From Octopus vulgaris (Eukaryota), in the NCBI GenBank assembly GCA_951406725.2, contig OX597831.1:28272001-28336000 (forward strand): a DNA stretch of 64,000 nt, in the 5' to 3' direction. The translations under genes were made by a program, and so were the position numbers. Positions 12,131 to 25,549 of this stretch are shown piece after piece (the first letter of the stretch is position 1; each line of letters starts with the position of its first letter). The notes beneath the pieces were generated by a model. It had not been told where the DNA came from, ran no database searches, and was given only the letters and a program-made list of their open reading frames with translations.

Positions 12131-13610
12131 GGGATCTTGAATTGGTTTCCATGTGCATTTGTGCACTCATTCTTGGAAAGTCATTGTTGGCAAGTGCAAA
12201 TGGCTGAGAACAATAAATGAGTCCATGTCTTTTTGCTATTTGTGTGTGTGTGTGTGTTTTAAATCGTAGACCCTGTCATCAATTCACTTATGTGATTATT
12301 CTCTGTCTCTCTCACTTCACTAGGAATTGAACCAGTATTTCATGCTTCTTTACTTGCTTTCGTTCACATTTTCGTCTGCTTGACCATTTTCACAGAATAT
12401 TATCCAAAAATATCACATTTAGTTCATCCCTGACTCCTCAGGCAATCCTTCTGTTTTTCTTTTGTTTTCCACCTTTCATGTTTCAAAATTTTTTTTTTTC
12501 AAATATTCTCACTCGTATGGTACTCTTAGCGCTCCACTAGCAACGGATGCCAGTCATCGAATGTATTTGAATTATTTTTTTAAAATTTATAGTCTCACCC
12601 TGTGTCCTATGAAATCACACATTTGGATAGTTTTTACCTTTCATTATATAAAACAATAGTACACTAAATTTTTTTGAAAAAGTAGTACTTTTACAATGTA
12701 AAGACTCGAAATAATTTTTTCAAGAGTTTAACCCCATAGCATATTAAACCTTCAAATTTCAAAAGTTTTAACTATATTAACCAATAAAGACCTCACTTAA
12801 AATATTTTCATCATTATTTTTTATGCCTCCACCAAGATCTAAAACACTGACATTAAAATATTTTAAATTTATTTTAACCTGTAATCTATAAAAAAATTCA
12901 GAGTTCTCTAAAATATTCCAATACTACAAACAGGAACCCAAACATTTTAGAACCAATTTTTTTGTCCCATTTTTAACCCTCCTCATTTTTTAACTCTTTT
13001 TTTTTTGTATGTTATAACTGTTGACCCTATTTGCACCACAAACCTCTTTATTATGTTTTATAGAAATTCAACAGAAACTATTGCAGCATGGCAGATATAT
13101 ATATATATATATATTAGTCATTGAAAAACACAGAGACTGCAGTGGAATCTTCTCAGTGACTAGGTCGCAGTTGGTGGAACAAAAATTTTGACACTAAATA
13201 ATAAATATTTTGAATGAAGTTAACTGTCTCTTGTGTGTTTTTCAATGGCTAAATATGTATTTTCCTTGCTGCAATCATTCTAGTCTCAACACATGGTCTT
13301 TGATCAAATCACTTGCCTGGTTAGTGGACCTTCAAAATCAACACAAACTGTAAACCATTATTGATTATCAGTACACACTCATTATTGATTATCAATAAAA
13401 CTTCATTTAATTTTCATAAAAAAATTTTTTATAGAAAAAAATAACACAACAAAATCATCATTTGTCAACTGCCATTTATTACTTTAAGAATTCAAAATTT
13501 TTTTCCTCAAAGAAAAAAACTTTTTTTTTGTATGTTTGTTAAATTTTTGATTGATTGATAAACCTTCATTATCAATAATAATAATAATAATAATAATAGT
13601 ATTAAGTACA

Positions 13611-13978
13611 GCACTCCGTCGGTTACGATGATGTGGGTTCCAGTTGATCCAATCAACAGAACAGCCTGCTTGTGAAATTAACGGGTATGTGGCTGAGCAC
13701 TCCACAGACATGTGTACCCTTAACATAGTTCTCGTGGCTATTCAGTGTGACAAGGCTTACACTTTGAAACACAGGTACAACAGAAACAGGAAGAAAGAGT
13801 GAGAGAAAGTTGTGGTGAAAGAGTACAGCAGGGTTCACCATCACCCCACTGCTAGAGCCTCATGGAGCTTTTAAGTGTTTTTGCTCAATAAACACTCACA
13901 ACACTCAGTCTGGGAACCAAAACCACGATCCTATGACCGCGAGTCCACTGCCTTAACCACTGCTCCATTGCACCTCCA
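13611..13978 (-). mobile_element. SINE family A, CpG-decayed copy
   Basis: Reverse complement of the 28102-28487 copy, with many CG to TG/CA changes. Confidence 0.9.
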
Positions 13979-14037
13979 TAATAATAATAATAATAATAAT
14001 CATAATCATAATAATGATAACTATTATTATTATTATT

Positions 14038-14210
14038 AAGGCAGCAAACTGATGGAAATGCTAGCTTGCCAGGCAAAATTCTGCTATGGTTGACACTATC
14101 TTTCATTCCTTTGAGGTTGAGAAAGTAAGTACCAGTTGAGCACTGGGGTCGATGTAATGGACTTAGCTCCTCCTGCAAAATTGCTGGCCTTGTACCAAAA
14201 TGTGAAACCA
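14038..14210 (+). mobile_element. SINE family B, diverged and internally deleted
   Basis: AAGTACCAGTTGAGCACTGGGGTCGATG and CCTTGTACCAAAA tail. Confidence 0.7.
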
Positions 14211-14363
14211 TTATTATTATTATTATTACAATTTTTTTAAAACAGAATTATTAAAAAAAAACATTTTAATTGTCTTTATTTTGAGCACTGTTAGTTGTTA
14301 TTCTTGGAGTTTCTACCTGACTAGCTACACACACACACACACACACACAAATCGATATATGAA

Positions 14364-14398
<35 letters not shown>

Positions 14399-16460
14399 GA
14401 ATGTATGTGTAAACTGGTAGGTGTATTTTTGAAAATGTCTCAAAAAACATATTTTCATTTTCCTTCCTTTTGTTCTTCAGTTTTGCTTTCTTTGATCCAG
14501 CAATTGTCTTCTCTTATGTTGTCCCTAACCAAGTACCCCCAGTGCCACCTTGTCTCCACAACCAGGTCTCCCCAGTGTCACACTGTATACTGTCCAGGCA
14601 TTTCCTGAACCACATATATGTATACATATGTATGTGTAAGCATATATATATATATATATATATGTTGTCATTTATCAATATGTTGACTACGTGAAAATAT
14701 GGTGTACAATCTGGGTTGTATGAAACAGAACATCAGCTTTGATGAATATGTACTTGACTGCATGTATTGAGTGCTCTTTTTATGTTTTGTTGACAAGCTA
14801 GGACACACGAATGTGTGTGTGTGTGTGTGTGCGTGTGGTTGGATGAAATTTTTTAATTTAAATTAAACATTTACAAAAACAGTTAAATTTGTGTTGCCCA
14901 CTTATTCTTGAGAGAATCATTTACCACTGATTTCTTCATATTATATACACACACAAATGTACATCAGATACATGCATATATATATATATATATATATACA
15001 CACACTATCATCGTCATCATCATCATCAGTCCCACCCATGCCAGCATGGAAGGTAGATGTTAAACGATAATGATGATGATGATATATATATGCATACATA
15101 ATACACACACACACACACTGCCTAAATACCAATCTTGGGAAATTAGGCTTCTCAAAACCAGAAGAGAGAAAGCTAATTCGAAGACTACAGATCCAATCCA
15201 TCACTGGAACTGTAAACATCTTTAAAACTTTCCAGAAGTTTATCATTTAAAATATATATGAACATGTCTAGATATGCAAGGAATGAGAATACATATATAA
15301 AGCAAAACATGCAAATCTGCACATACACACACACATACATACATACATACAAACAAACAAACAAAAATACCCTGTTGATGTTGAAATTGCAATGAAGGAG
15401 TCTTGGATCTATGCTGGTTCTTTCCCGATTGGCAAGAAATGTTGAAATAAAATGAACAATTCCAAATTAAAGGTTTCCATACCACAGTAAAGGTTTTGGA
15501 AAAGCAACGCTACTGTAACCTTTTGGGATGCGCGCGCGCGCGTGCGTGTATTATGGAGAGGAAAAAGAACCCATTAATCTGACCTGATGTGATAAAGATC
15601 TATAAAGGGAATATTAAGGGAGGTAACCATTAATATCGCCAATACGAAGGGAAGTAATTTATGATAGCATAACCATCCTTTAAACTGAACAAGCATAAAA
15701 ATAAAATAATAAACTTTCCATTTCAATTATAGAAGGCAGGTTACTATGTCATTAGAACTAACAGAAGGTGTTTTGGTATTGAATGGGTTATATATATATA
15801 TATAAGTCCTTCCAATAATTTAATTGTTTACACAGTCAATTTTATTTTATGTGAAATCTACACTTTCATTTAGTTCTTTGTTTGGAAATAATTAAATTAT
15901 GTTTTAATGATTTTTTAAAACATGTTTACATTGTTCTCGATTGTTTGGCTTTGTTGTCGAAGATTCAAAATCGATGTTTATTTTGTTGCCATCGTTATTA
16001 TGTTATTATTTTATAGTTTGTTAAATTGTTTTTGTCTTTGATGATCTTTTTTTTTTTTTTAAAAAACAATTTGCTGTTTCATGAATTTTTAATTCTCTTT
16101 TGATGCCAGTCCACCTGAGACAAACCCCAGGTTCTGTGATACAAAATTTCTTGTTGCAAACTGATCTAAATTAAAACCTTAAATCTAAATTCTATGTTAA
16201 ATTGTTTCAAAGTCCAGTTTAATAACGAGGAAGTTATTTTACTAAATTCTTCGTTATTTTCAAAAATTAATTGAAACAAATTAAGTGTATTCCAGCAGAA
16301 ATATCGTAACAAAAAAGGTTAGCCAGAAATATTTTGAGGTGTTGTCACTTTAGTAACGTTTTGTATGATCATCGTAGAATTGTGTTTGATGGAAAGACAG
16401 TCTGATTCAAATTCGTTGGTACTCTTGAGTACCAACGAATTTGAATCAAACTGTTTTGAT

Positions 16461-16499
<39 letters not shown>

Positions 16500-16502
<3 letters not shown>

Positions 16503-16626
16503 GGAAAATTCACAAAAAAAAACAAAAGACAAAGACAGGTGGTGTACAAAACAAACAGATGTATTAGTATAACGCTCAGGAATAGAAAAAGTCTTTTACA
16601 TTTCAAGCCTATGCTCTTCTACAGAA
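16500..16626 (-). mobile_element. Short Penelope-like terminal fragment with a variant hammerhead
   Basis: Homologous to 60080-60200. Minus strand reads CTGTAGAA-GAGC-ATAG-GCTT-GAAA-TGTA-AAAG. Confidence 0.6.
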
Positions 16627-16799
16627 TATATTATATAATGTTGGAGAAACCTGTCACACATACACAGTTGTAAGGTTAAATCGCATTGGTGTTGGTGGCA
16701 ATGTGCTCCTTGAAGCAAGCCACACACACATTCACACACACAGTCACTTTCACCACACACACATACACACACTGCTCCCCACACTCATGTATATAGCTG

Positions 16800-17420
16800 A
16801 AGCCATTCCTAAAGATGACCACCCTACTCTATTTCTTATTAAAACTGTCCTATTTACTCACTCTGAAGTTGAGTTTGATACTCCACTTCAAACCATTTCA
16901 TTCTAAAATTGAATCCTCCACATATACCTCTGGAGTTGAATGCTCCACTCCATACTACATTCTAGAAACAATACCTTCACTACACTTTACTCTGAATTTT
17001 AGTGCTACATTTTACTCCACTCCACATCACTTCATTATAAGAATAATACCTCTACTTCACTTTATGAATACCTCTACTCCACTCCATTATGAAGTTGAGT
17101 GCTACTCCTCACTCCACTCTTCATCACTTTATTATAAGAACTATACCTCTGTTTCACTCAATTCTAAAGTGGAGTGCTACACATTTCTCCACTCTCAGTC
17201 ACCCCTTCATTATGTAAACAATACTTCTATTTTACTCTATTCTGAGGTTGAGTGCTACATTTCACTCCACTCTTCCCTAGTTCATTTTGAGAATTTTATC
17301 TCTACTCCATTCCGTTTTGAAGTTGGGTGCGCCACTCTTCACTATTTCATTGTGAGAACAATACCTCTACTCCACTTCATTCTGAAGTTGAGTGCTACAT
17401 TCTACTCCACTCTACATCAT
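16800..17420. repeat. ~75-bp degenerate minisatellite (GAAGTTGAGTGCTAC...CTCCACT)
   Basis: Repeated unit. It accounts for the 255-aa ORF 16815-17582. Confidence 0.85.
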
Positions 17421-17712
17421 TCTTCATCAAAGAACAAAATTTGGTCAAAATACCCTCCATCCTTGCCTCCCCCTACTGTCAGGTTTTGTATCTTAACAAG
17501 GATCCTGTCATTTGGTTGCATTGTTTGTTGTTGTTTTTTGTTTAAATCCCGTCTTTGGAAATCTCTGACGGCCAAGTGGTGAAGGTTACAGGCAGCCAAG
17601 AAAGAGAGAGAGAGAGAGATAAGCAAAAAGGTGGTTCATATCATGCCACTGGCAAACATTACATCTGTGGGCCCAGACACTTACACACATGAAACACACA
17701 AACGTTTATATA

Positions 17713-17847
17713 CAGAGTGGGCCAGAAGTCACAAGGGAGTTTTAGTATGTAATATCTTCTTTATTTTTTTTGTGTACATACACACACACACTATAGTTTA
17801 TAAATAATGAATAAATGAATGTGTGCCCTGACTTTTGGCCTACTCTG
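17713..17847. mobile_element. Tc1/mariner-type MITE
   Basis: TIRs CAGAGTGGGCCAGAAGTCA / TGACTTTTGGCCTACTCTG, preceded by TA. Confidence 0.7.
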
Positions 17848-18204
17848 TGCCTTATATATATATATGTATAATTATGTATATGTATGTATATATGTAATAC
17901 ACACACACACACTTGAAAGAGTAGGTATACCATGTCCCTACGTTTCATGAGAGACGTTGAAAAGGGTTGGCAACAGGAGAGGCGCCCTGCCGTAAAACAT
18001 TGCCTAAGAAAACTCATCTACTAATCTGTAACAGCAGAGGAAGCAGATGTAAAATACATATAATGATGCACACACACATGCACGCACTCAGTCACACAGA
18101 AAAAAGTTAACATTCATTAAATACATTCCTACACACCTTTTTTTAAAAAAATTATTATTATCATCATTATTATTATTATTATTATTATTATGCCTTACAC
18201 TCTT

Positions 18205-18665
18205 TACTTCTTTCTAACTTTCTTTCTTCCTTTCCTTCCATCCTTCCCTTCCTTCCTTCTTTCCTTCCTTCCATCCTTAACTCCCTTCCTTCCTTCCATA
18301 CTTCCCTCCTTCCTTTCCTTCCTTCTTTCCTTTCTTTCCTTCCTTCCTTCCTTCCTTTCCTCCTTCCTTTCCTTCCTTCTTTCCTTTCTTTCCTTCCTTC
18401 CATCCTTCCCTCCCTTCCTTCCTTCCATCCTTCCTTCTTTCCTTCCTTTCCTTCCTTCCTTCCTTCCTTCCTTCCTTCCCTCCCTTCCTTCCTTCCTTCC
18501 TTCCTTTCCTTCTTCTTTTCCTTCCCTCCCTCCCTCCCTCCTTCCGTCCATCCTTCCTTCCTTCCTTCCTTCCTTCCTTCCTTCCTTCCTTCCTTCCTTC
18601 CTTCCTTCCTTCCTTCCTTCCTTTATTTCTTTCTTTCTTTCTTCACCCTCTCCCTCTTTCACTAC
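18205..18665. repeat. (CCTT)n polypyrimidine tract
   Basis: Direct reading. Confidence 0.95.
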
Positions 18666-19007
18666 TTTCCCCTTCCAATAACTACCAGTCATATACTGGT
18701 ATTGATTCCATCCCACTCCTAAATTCCTCACCTTTTTGCCAATGTCAGAAACGAGAATATTGAGAGAAATTCTTCAAATTTTTTCAATTTTTCTCTTTTA
18801 CAATTAGTATTTCTTTTTTTTTTATTGTCTTTTAAAATCAAAACATTTTTATATGTGTCTTTCTTTAAACATCCTCCCCACTTCCCATATGTCCCCTCTG
18901 TACACTTGTTCTATTTAACCTTTAACATGATCTTTATATTGGTGTGTATGTATGTGCATATATATATACATACATACACACACTGCTCATTCTCTCTCTC
19001 TCTCTCT

Positions 19008-19370
19008 CCATCGGTTATGACGATGAGGGTTCCAGTTGATCTGATCAACGGAACAGCCTGCTTGTGAAATTAATGTGCAAGTGGTTGAGCACTCCACAGA
19101 CACATGTATCCTTAACATAATTCTTGGGGAGATTCAGCGTGATGCAGAGTGTGACCAGGCTGGCCCCTTTGAAGTACAGGTACAACAGAAACAGGAAGAA
19201 AGTTGTGGTGAAAGAGTACAGCAGAGCTTGCCACCACCCCCTGCCGGAGCTTCGTGGAGCTTTAAGTGTTTTCACTCAATAAACACTCACAATGCCCAGT
19301 CTGGGAATTGAAACTGCAATCCTATGACAGCAAGTCCACTTCCCTAACCACTGGGCCATTGTGCCTCCAC
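19008..19370 (-). mobile_element. SINE family A, CpG-decayed copy
   Basis: Reverse complement of the family A consensus. Confidence 0.9.
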
Positions 19371-19445
19371 TCTATTTATGTAACATATACACATACACAC
19401 ACATAGACACACTTATATGTACATGTATATACATATATGAACACG

Positions 19446-19497
<52 letters not shown>

Positions 19498-19966
19498 TAT
19501 ATATTGAACAAAACACTATATTGTCTATTTATTTATGTTAGTGTTATGTTTTTATAAAAACTCAATACTGAATATTTGATTCTGATTGGTTTAAAAACAT
19601 CACACTCCACCACACATCCATTCACACATACGCACACACACATGCTTGTGTGTGTGTATATATATATATGTGGATGTATGTGTATAAAGGTACATGAATA
19701 TACACGCACATGCACTTTTATATATGTGTGTGTGTGTACTTGTGTCTGTGTATGCTTGTGTGTGTGTATAGATGAACATGCATAGCTATATGTATATAAA
19801 TATGGACACACTCATCTATAAAAACCACCAGGGGGTATCCAAGCTAATGGGCAATAATAATAATAATGCTGATGATAATAATAACAATTAAAGTAATGAC
19901 ACATTTGTTGAAAAAATGTAATATTTAATAGATAATATATATATGTATATATATGTATATATAGAC

Positions 19967-20008
<42 letters not shown>

Positions 20009-20181
20009 GTATATATATGTATATATAAATATATGTATATATGTATATATGTATATATATGTATATATATTGTATATGTATATATGTATATATATGTATA
20101 TATAAATATATGTGTATATGTATATATGTATATATAAATATATATATATATATATAATATATGTATATATATATATATATG

Positions 20182-20213
<32 letters not shown>

Positions 20214-20468
20214 ATTGATTTAAACATAGCACCATCCCTCCATCATCCTTCCACCATGTTGCATTCAGTTCTGAACTGCAGTGTTGCATGCACGTGTGCT
20301 AAACCTGCATTCTGCACCTGCATAAAGTACTGAATTGATGATTTCCTTTGATATGTGTAAATATATACAAAATAAATAAATAAATAAATAAAGGAAATAA
20401 AATAAATTAAAAATAAAAATAAAATAAAATTTACAAAAAAAAAAAAACCCCAAGTGCCTCTGCACATT

Positions 20469-20514
<46 letters not shown>

Positions 20515-20869
20515 CACTACTACTACCACTACTACTACCACCACCACTACTACTACATACCTACTGTAATACTACTATTCTGAAATCACGACTATCATCT
20601 TACCATAGTGTCACTATAGTACATATATGGCACTCTATCACTGAATTGTTATCATAACTCATCATTGTGCGTGTATACATATATATATATATAATATATA
20701 TATAAATATACACATATATATGTATGTATATTATATATACACTCACATTTTATAACTAGATAATAAAATATGTCAAAATTTGTTCAACATTTTGTTGTGG
20801 TTTTTTTTTCCTTGTATGTTTTTGTTTATTTACATTTTTTTGCTTTAATTTTGTTTCAGTGTTTAACCA

Positions 20870-21540
20870 GAGGTGGAGTGGACAGGCCAGTTGGAACACA
20901 TAACAGGAAGAGTGGACAGTGTCCATGATTTCTCTGGAAATGCACACAAGAAAAGTGGACAGTGCCCAGACTTCTTTTGAAGTGCAAGCAGAAGTGGAAG
21001 GCTTCCAGACTTATGTGGAAACACAAGCAGATGTGGACAGTGTCCAGACTTTTGTGGAAGAGCAAACGGGAGTGGACAGCATGCAGACTGCTGGGGAAAC
21101 GCAAATTGTAGCGGACAGCGTCCAGACTCCTGTGGAAACACAAAACAGGAGTGGACAGCATGCAAACTTCTGTGATGTGGGCAGTGTCTAGACTTTTGTG
21201 GAAATGCAATTATAAGTGGACTGCATCCAGACTTCTAAGGAAACACAAATGGGAGTGGACAACATCCAGGCTTCTGTGGAAATGCAAATGGGAGTAGACT
21301 GCATCCAGACTTCTATGGAAGTACAAACAAGAATGGACAATGTTCAAACTTTTTTGGAAGCGCAAACAGGAGTGGACAACGTTCAGACTTCTGTGGAAGA
21401 TCAAATGGGAGTAGACAGCATCCTGACTCCTGTGGAAACATGAACAGGAGTGGATGTCTAGATTTCTGTGGAAACACAAACAGGAGTGGATAGTGGACAG
21501 ACTTTTGTGGAAACACAAATAGGAGTGGACAATGCCCACA
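20870..21540 (+). repeat. 39-bp tandem repeat (CAGACTTCTGTGGAAACACAAACAGGAGTGGACAGTGTC-like)
   Basis: Roughly 17 degenerate units. Translates as QTSVETQTGVDSV with stops and frameshifts. Confidence 0.9.
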
Positions 21541-22039
21541 ACTACTGTTGGAGCAATCAGCAAGAGAATCCAGGAATTATTCTAAAGACATGATGTGAAA
21601 ACAGAGAAGAACTATGGCTCATAGATAGTCAACTGAATGGCTGGCTCTCATATCTAATTTTTAAGATAATAGTTTGAGATGTGAGAGAGATTTGGCTGCT
21701 ATTTCTTGCAGGACAAGCAGCTGCTTCATATTTTCTCTGTTATGTAACACTGTGGTGATGAACTTGAGACTGTATGGTTAAAAAAAAATGAACTTTGTAT
21801 TGGATTGATATTATCAATAATTTATCATCATATTAAGCATTTAAAAGCCATGCGGTAGCATAGTCGGTAGAGCATCAGACAAACAGTTTTGGTTGTATTT
21901 AGTTGTGTTCCCCTCACAGTGGAATTTAAACCCCTCTCAGGTTACCATTGTTTTGCAGCCTTTCAGGATAAAAAAAAAATAAAGTACCAGTTAATTACTG
22001 GGGTCCATATTAACAAATAACTCTCTTTCTCTCTCTCTT

Positions 22040-22690
22040 TCTCATGTGGTTGTATTAGCAATCAAATTCCATATGACTGTATGAGCAGTCTACCAATCGT
22101 GCGCCTGTTAGTAATCAACCACATGTTGCTATGTTAGCAATCAAACTATACATGTAGCTGTGTTAGCAATCAAACAAGTATGAAATTGTCAGCAATCAAC
22201 CATACATGTGACTGTTAGCAATTGACTATACATGTGGCTGTGTTGGTAATCCAACTATACATGTGGTTGTGTTAGCAATCAACTATATTAGCAACCGACT
22301 TTGCATTGGCTATGTTAGCAACCAGTCATACATGTGACTGTCAGCAGCCATCCCACATATTAGACTTTGTTAGCAATTAACCACACATGTGGTTGTGTTA
22401 GCAACCAACAATACATGTGTGACTGTTAGCAATTAGTCACACACATGGCTGCATTAGCAACCAATCACATTTGGCTGTGCTAGCAACCAGCCACAAATGT
22501 GACTAGTAATTAACCACACATGTAGCTATGTTAGCAACCAACCACACATGTAGCTATGTTAGCAACCAACACACGTGTGGCTGTGTTAACAACCATCCAC
22601 ACATTTATTTGGCTGTGTTAGCAACCAACCCCATATGTGTCTAGCTTTTAAACACACACTTGGCTGTGTTAGCAACTAACCATACATGAT
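22040..22690. repeat. ~29-30-bp minisatellite (CATGTGGCTGTGTTAGCAACCAACCACA-like)
   Basis: Repeated TTAGCAA(T/C)C units. Confidence 0.9.
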
Positions 22691-23156
22691 ATTCTATCTG
22701 CCCTATGATCAAACCAGCCAGACTCTAACACTTACTCTACAATGTCATTCTAAAGAATAAAAACATTTGCATCATAGAATCTAGAAGCTACGAGATGATG
22801 CGGAATTAATTCAAAACAATGTGAATAAATAAGCATTACATTAGACAGAGTAATTTGAACGCTAAGGGGTTAAACCAGCCATATCCAGTCCAAACATTCA
22901 CACACACAGGATGGGCTTCTTTCAGTTTCTGTCTATCAAATCCACTCACAAGGTTTTGGTTGGCCAATGGCTTTAGTAGAAGACATGATGGGACTGAACC
23001 CAGAACCATGTGGCTGGGAGGCAAAGTTCTTATCACACCATGCACACATAAATATGTACTGTATTTTAGCGTGTAATAAGGAACCCATTTTTGTCAAAAA
23101 TGAGATTAAAAAAAAATATGAGTGTTTCTTATACATGGATAGTATTATAATCCCTT

Positions 23157-23545
23157 GTGGAGGCGCAATGGCCCAGTGGTTAGGGCAGCAGACTCTCGGT
23201 CATAAGATCGTGGTTTCGATTCCCAGACCGGGCGTTGTGAGTGTTTATTGAGCGAAAACACCTTAAAGCTCCACGAGGCTCCGGCAGGGGATGGTGGTGA
23301 TCCCTGCTGTACTCTTTCACCACAACTTTCTCTCACTCTTACTTCCTGTTTCTGTTGTACCTGTATTTCAAGGGGCCGGCCTTGTCACTCTCTGTGTCAC
23401 GCTGAATATCCCTGAGAACTACGTTAAGGGTGCATGTGTCTGTGGAGTGCTCAGGCACTTACACATTAATTTCACGAGCAGGCTGTTCCGTTGATTCAGA
23501 TCAACCGGAACCCTCATCGTCGTAACCGACGGAGTGCTTCCATCC
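23157..23545 (+). mobile_element. SINE family A, full length (tRNA-derived head)
   Basis: A-box TGGCCCAGTGG and B-box-like GGTTTCGATTCC. 13-bp TSD ATTATAATCCCTT at 23144-23156 and 23546-23558. Confidence 0.95.
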
Positions 23546-23825
23546 ATTATAATCCCTTAGAAAACCTTTTTCCCAAATTTTAAGCCCTCAAAATTAGGGG
23601 GTTCCTTATACCCGAGGGTTCCTTATACATGTTAAAATGTGATTTATGTGGTGAATAAAATGAAAGAAAATTGATGGAAACAAAATGCTGAAAAGAAAAC
23701 AATAGATCTAACACAAGGCATTGCTCCAGCCTGGTTTGATGTGTGATCACTGAGTCGAATTGAAGGAGTTGGGGAAACAAAGGATTTTCCCATGGGATTC
23801 CGACACCTGGAATCTCCAGATAATT

Positions 23826-24039
23826 ATTACTACTACTGCTGCTGCTGTTACTACTACTACTACTACTGGTGGTACTACTACTACAGCCTCTGCTGTTACT
23901 ACTACTACTACTACTACTACAGTTTCTGCAGCTACTACTACTATGACGACGACAACGACGACCACCACCACTACTACTGCTGCTGCTACTACTACTACTA
24001 CTACTATGACGACGACGACCACCACCACTACTGCTGCTG

Positions 24040-24084
<45 letters not shown>

Positions 24085-24085
24085 A
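23826..24085. repeat. (CTA)/(CTG)/(CGA)/(CCA) trinucleotide mosaic
   Basis: Direct reading. Source of the poly-T, poly-V and poly-Y ORFs. Confidence 0.9.
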
Positions 24086-24745
24086 TAAAGCGATTAATTT
24101 TTAAATAACTTCAATATTTCCAATGCAATATATTGTAGTAGTAGTAGTAGTAGTAGTAGTTACAAATATCTCCCAGTAAATATTACGAGATCGAACCGCC
24201 GTGAATCAGCGAGGGAGCCTCTAAATGGTCATTCTATACGCTAGAAATAACAGCCAAATATCCCCTCACTTTTCACCGTCTTTAAGAAGGACACATTAGA
24301 TAATATGACGCCAGGTTTCCTGCACGTAGGAAAAAAAAAAAAAAGAAAGAAAAGAAAAAGGGATGACCACGGCTGGAATGGGTTTGACCATATTCCTGTT
24401 CGATCAGGTCTGACCTTGATGGATTTACACCAACGAGATAAATCAATACTGAATGTATGTACAAATGATGCAGTTTTATATACACTCTTCTGGAAGAATG
24501 AATGAATAACGAAAATAAAACAGAGGGGAAGGTCACGGGTAGAACATATATAATCAATCATCGAACTGTTTTCGATGAGGACTGATCTGGATGATAGAAA
24601 TCATCGTAAAGATATCAGCCAAAACACTACATATAATATATGAACAAGGTGTTCATGAAATCAAATTTGATTGCAGGTACTTAAAATGCCACATTGTAAA
24701 TAACGAGTGAAATTGAAATTTAAAAGGATGAGCATTTCATCAAAG

Positions 24746-24843
24746 CACCTCCGACGGGACTCGAACCCGCAATCCCCGGCTTACTTCTACCACTATGAGG
24801 ATATATTAGGAGGCCGGTGCCTTATCCATTAGGCCACGGAGGC
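24746..24843 (-). tRNA. tRNA-Arg(CCT) with a 25-nt intron (24782-24806)
   Basis: Minus strand GCCTCCG TG GCCT AATGGATA AGGC A CCGGC CT CCT A [ATATATCCTCATAGTGGTAGAAGTA] A GCCGG GGATT GCGGG TTCGAGT CCCGT CGGAGGT G. All four stems pair. Spliced length 73 nt. Intron at the canonical 37/38 site. TTTT about 20 nt downstream and TATAAA about 30 nt upstream. Confidence 0.93.
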
Positions 24844-25265
24844 AACAACTCCGAAGCGACGGTTGTTTAGATTTATAAAGCTACTTGCTAGGTGTATAGT
24901 ATGTCACCGATTTATGGGTGTATACACAATATTTATACACATGTCATGTATGAATGTGTAGATATATGTACATACATTAACAATAGACAATAAGATGCAA
25001 TACATTTATATATAGTCAGCATAGAATGGCGACGTATGTAAGGTGGTATCGATTTGTGTCACTGTATCTACGCATGTATATTTGTGTGTATAGTATTAGA
25101 TGTGCGTATATTTGTAATATTTAGTGACAACAGTATAGTGACTCAAGGGCCGACAGTTTCGTGCGTTGGCACTTATCAAATTAACATATATATATACAAA
25201 AAATTACGCCTATGTGTGTATATATGCATGGATATGTGTATGTATATTGTAGTTCTCTCTCTCTA

Positions 25266-25298
<33 letters not shown>

Positions 25299-25460
25299 CA
25301 TTTATGTATGTCTATATAAATATGCGTGTCTGCATATGTGTGTATACGTGATGTATATTATACGTATATTATAAACGTACATGTACACATGTATATTGTG
25401 TTTATATATACAAGAGAGAAGAAATATGTTTGTGAGCAAGTATAAGAGCTTTGTGTGTCA

Positions 25461-25549
<89 letters not shown>

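Noticed and set aside
14455-14604. Possible minus-strand exon after a CAG acceptor
   Set aside because: All three frames hit stops and no product was recognisable.
16815-17582. 255-aa ORF
   Set aside because: Produced by a ~75-bp minisatellite; no recognisable domain.
18190-18731. PSFL and KEGR repeat ORFs
   Set aside because: (CCTT)n tract.
20870-22690. CRISPR-like arrays
   Set aside because: Eukaryotic tandem repeats without unique spacers; no cas genes.
23760-24104. Mucin-like poly-Thr ORF
   Set aside because: Trinucleotide microsatellite without a signal peptide or convincing splice context.
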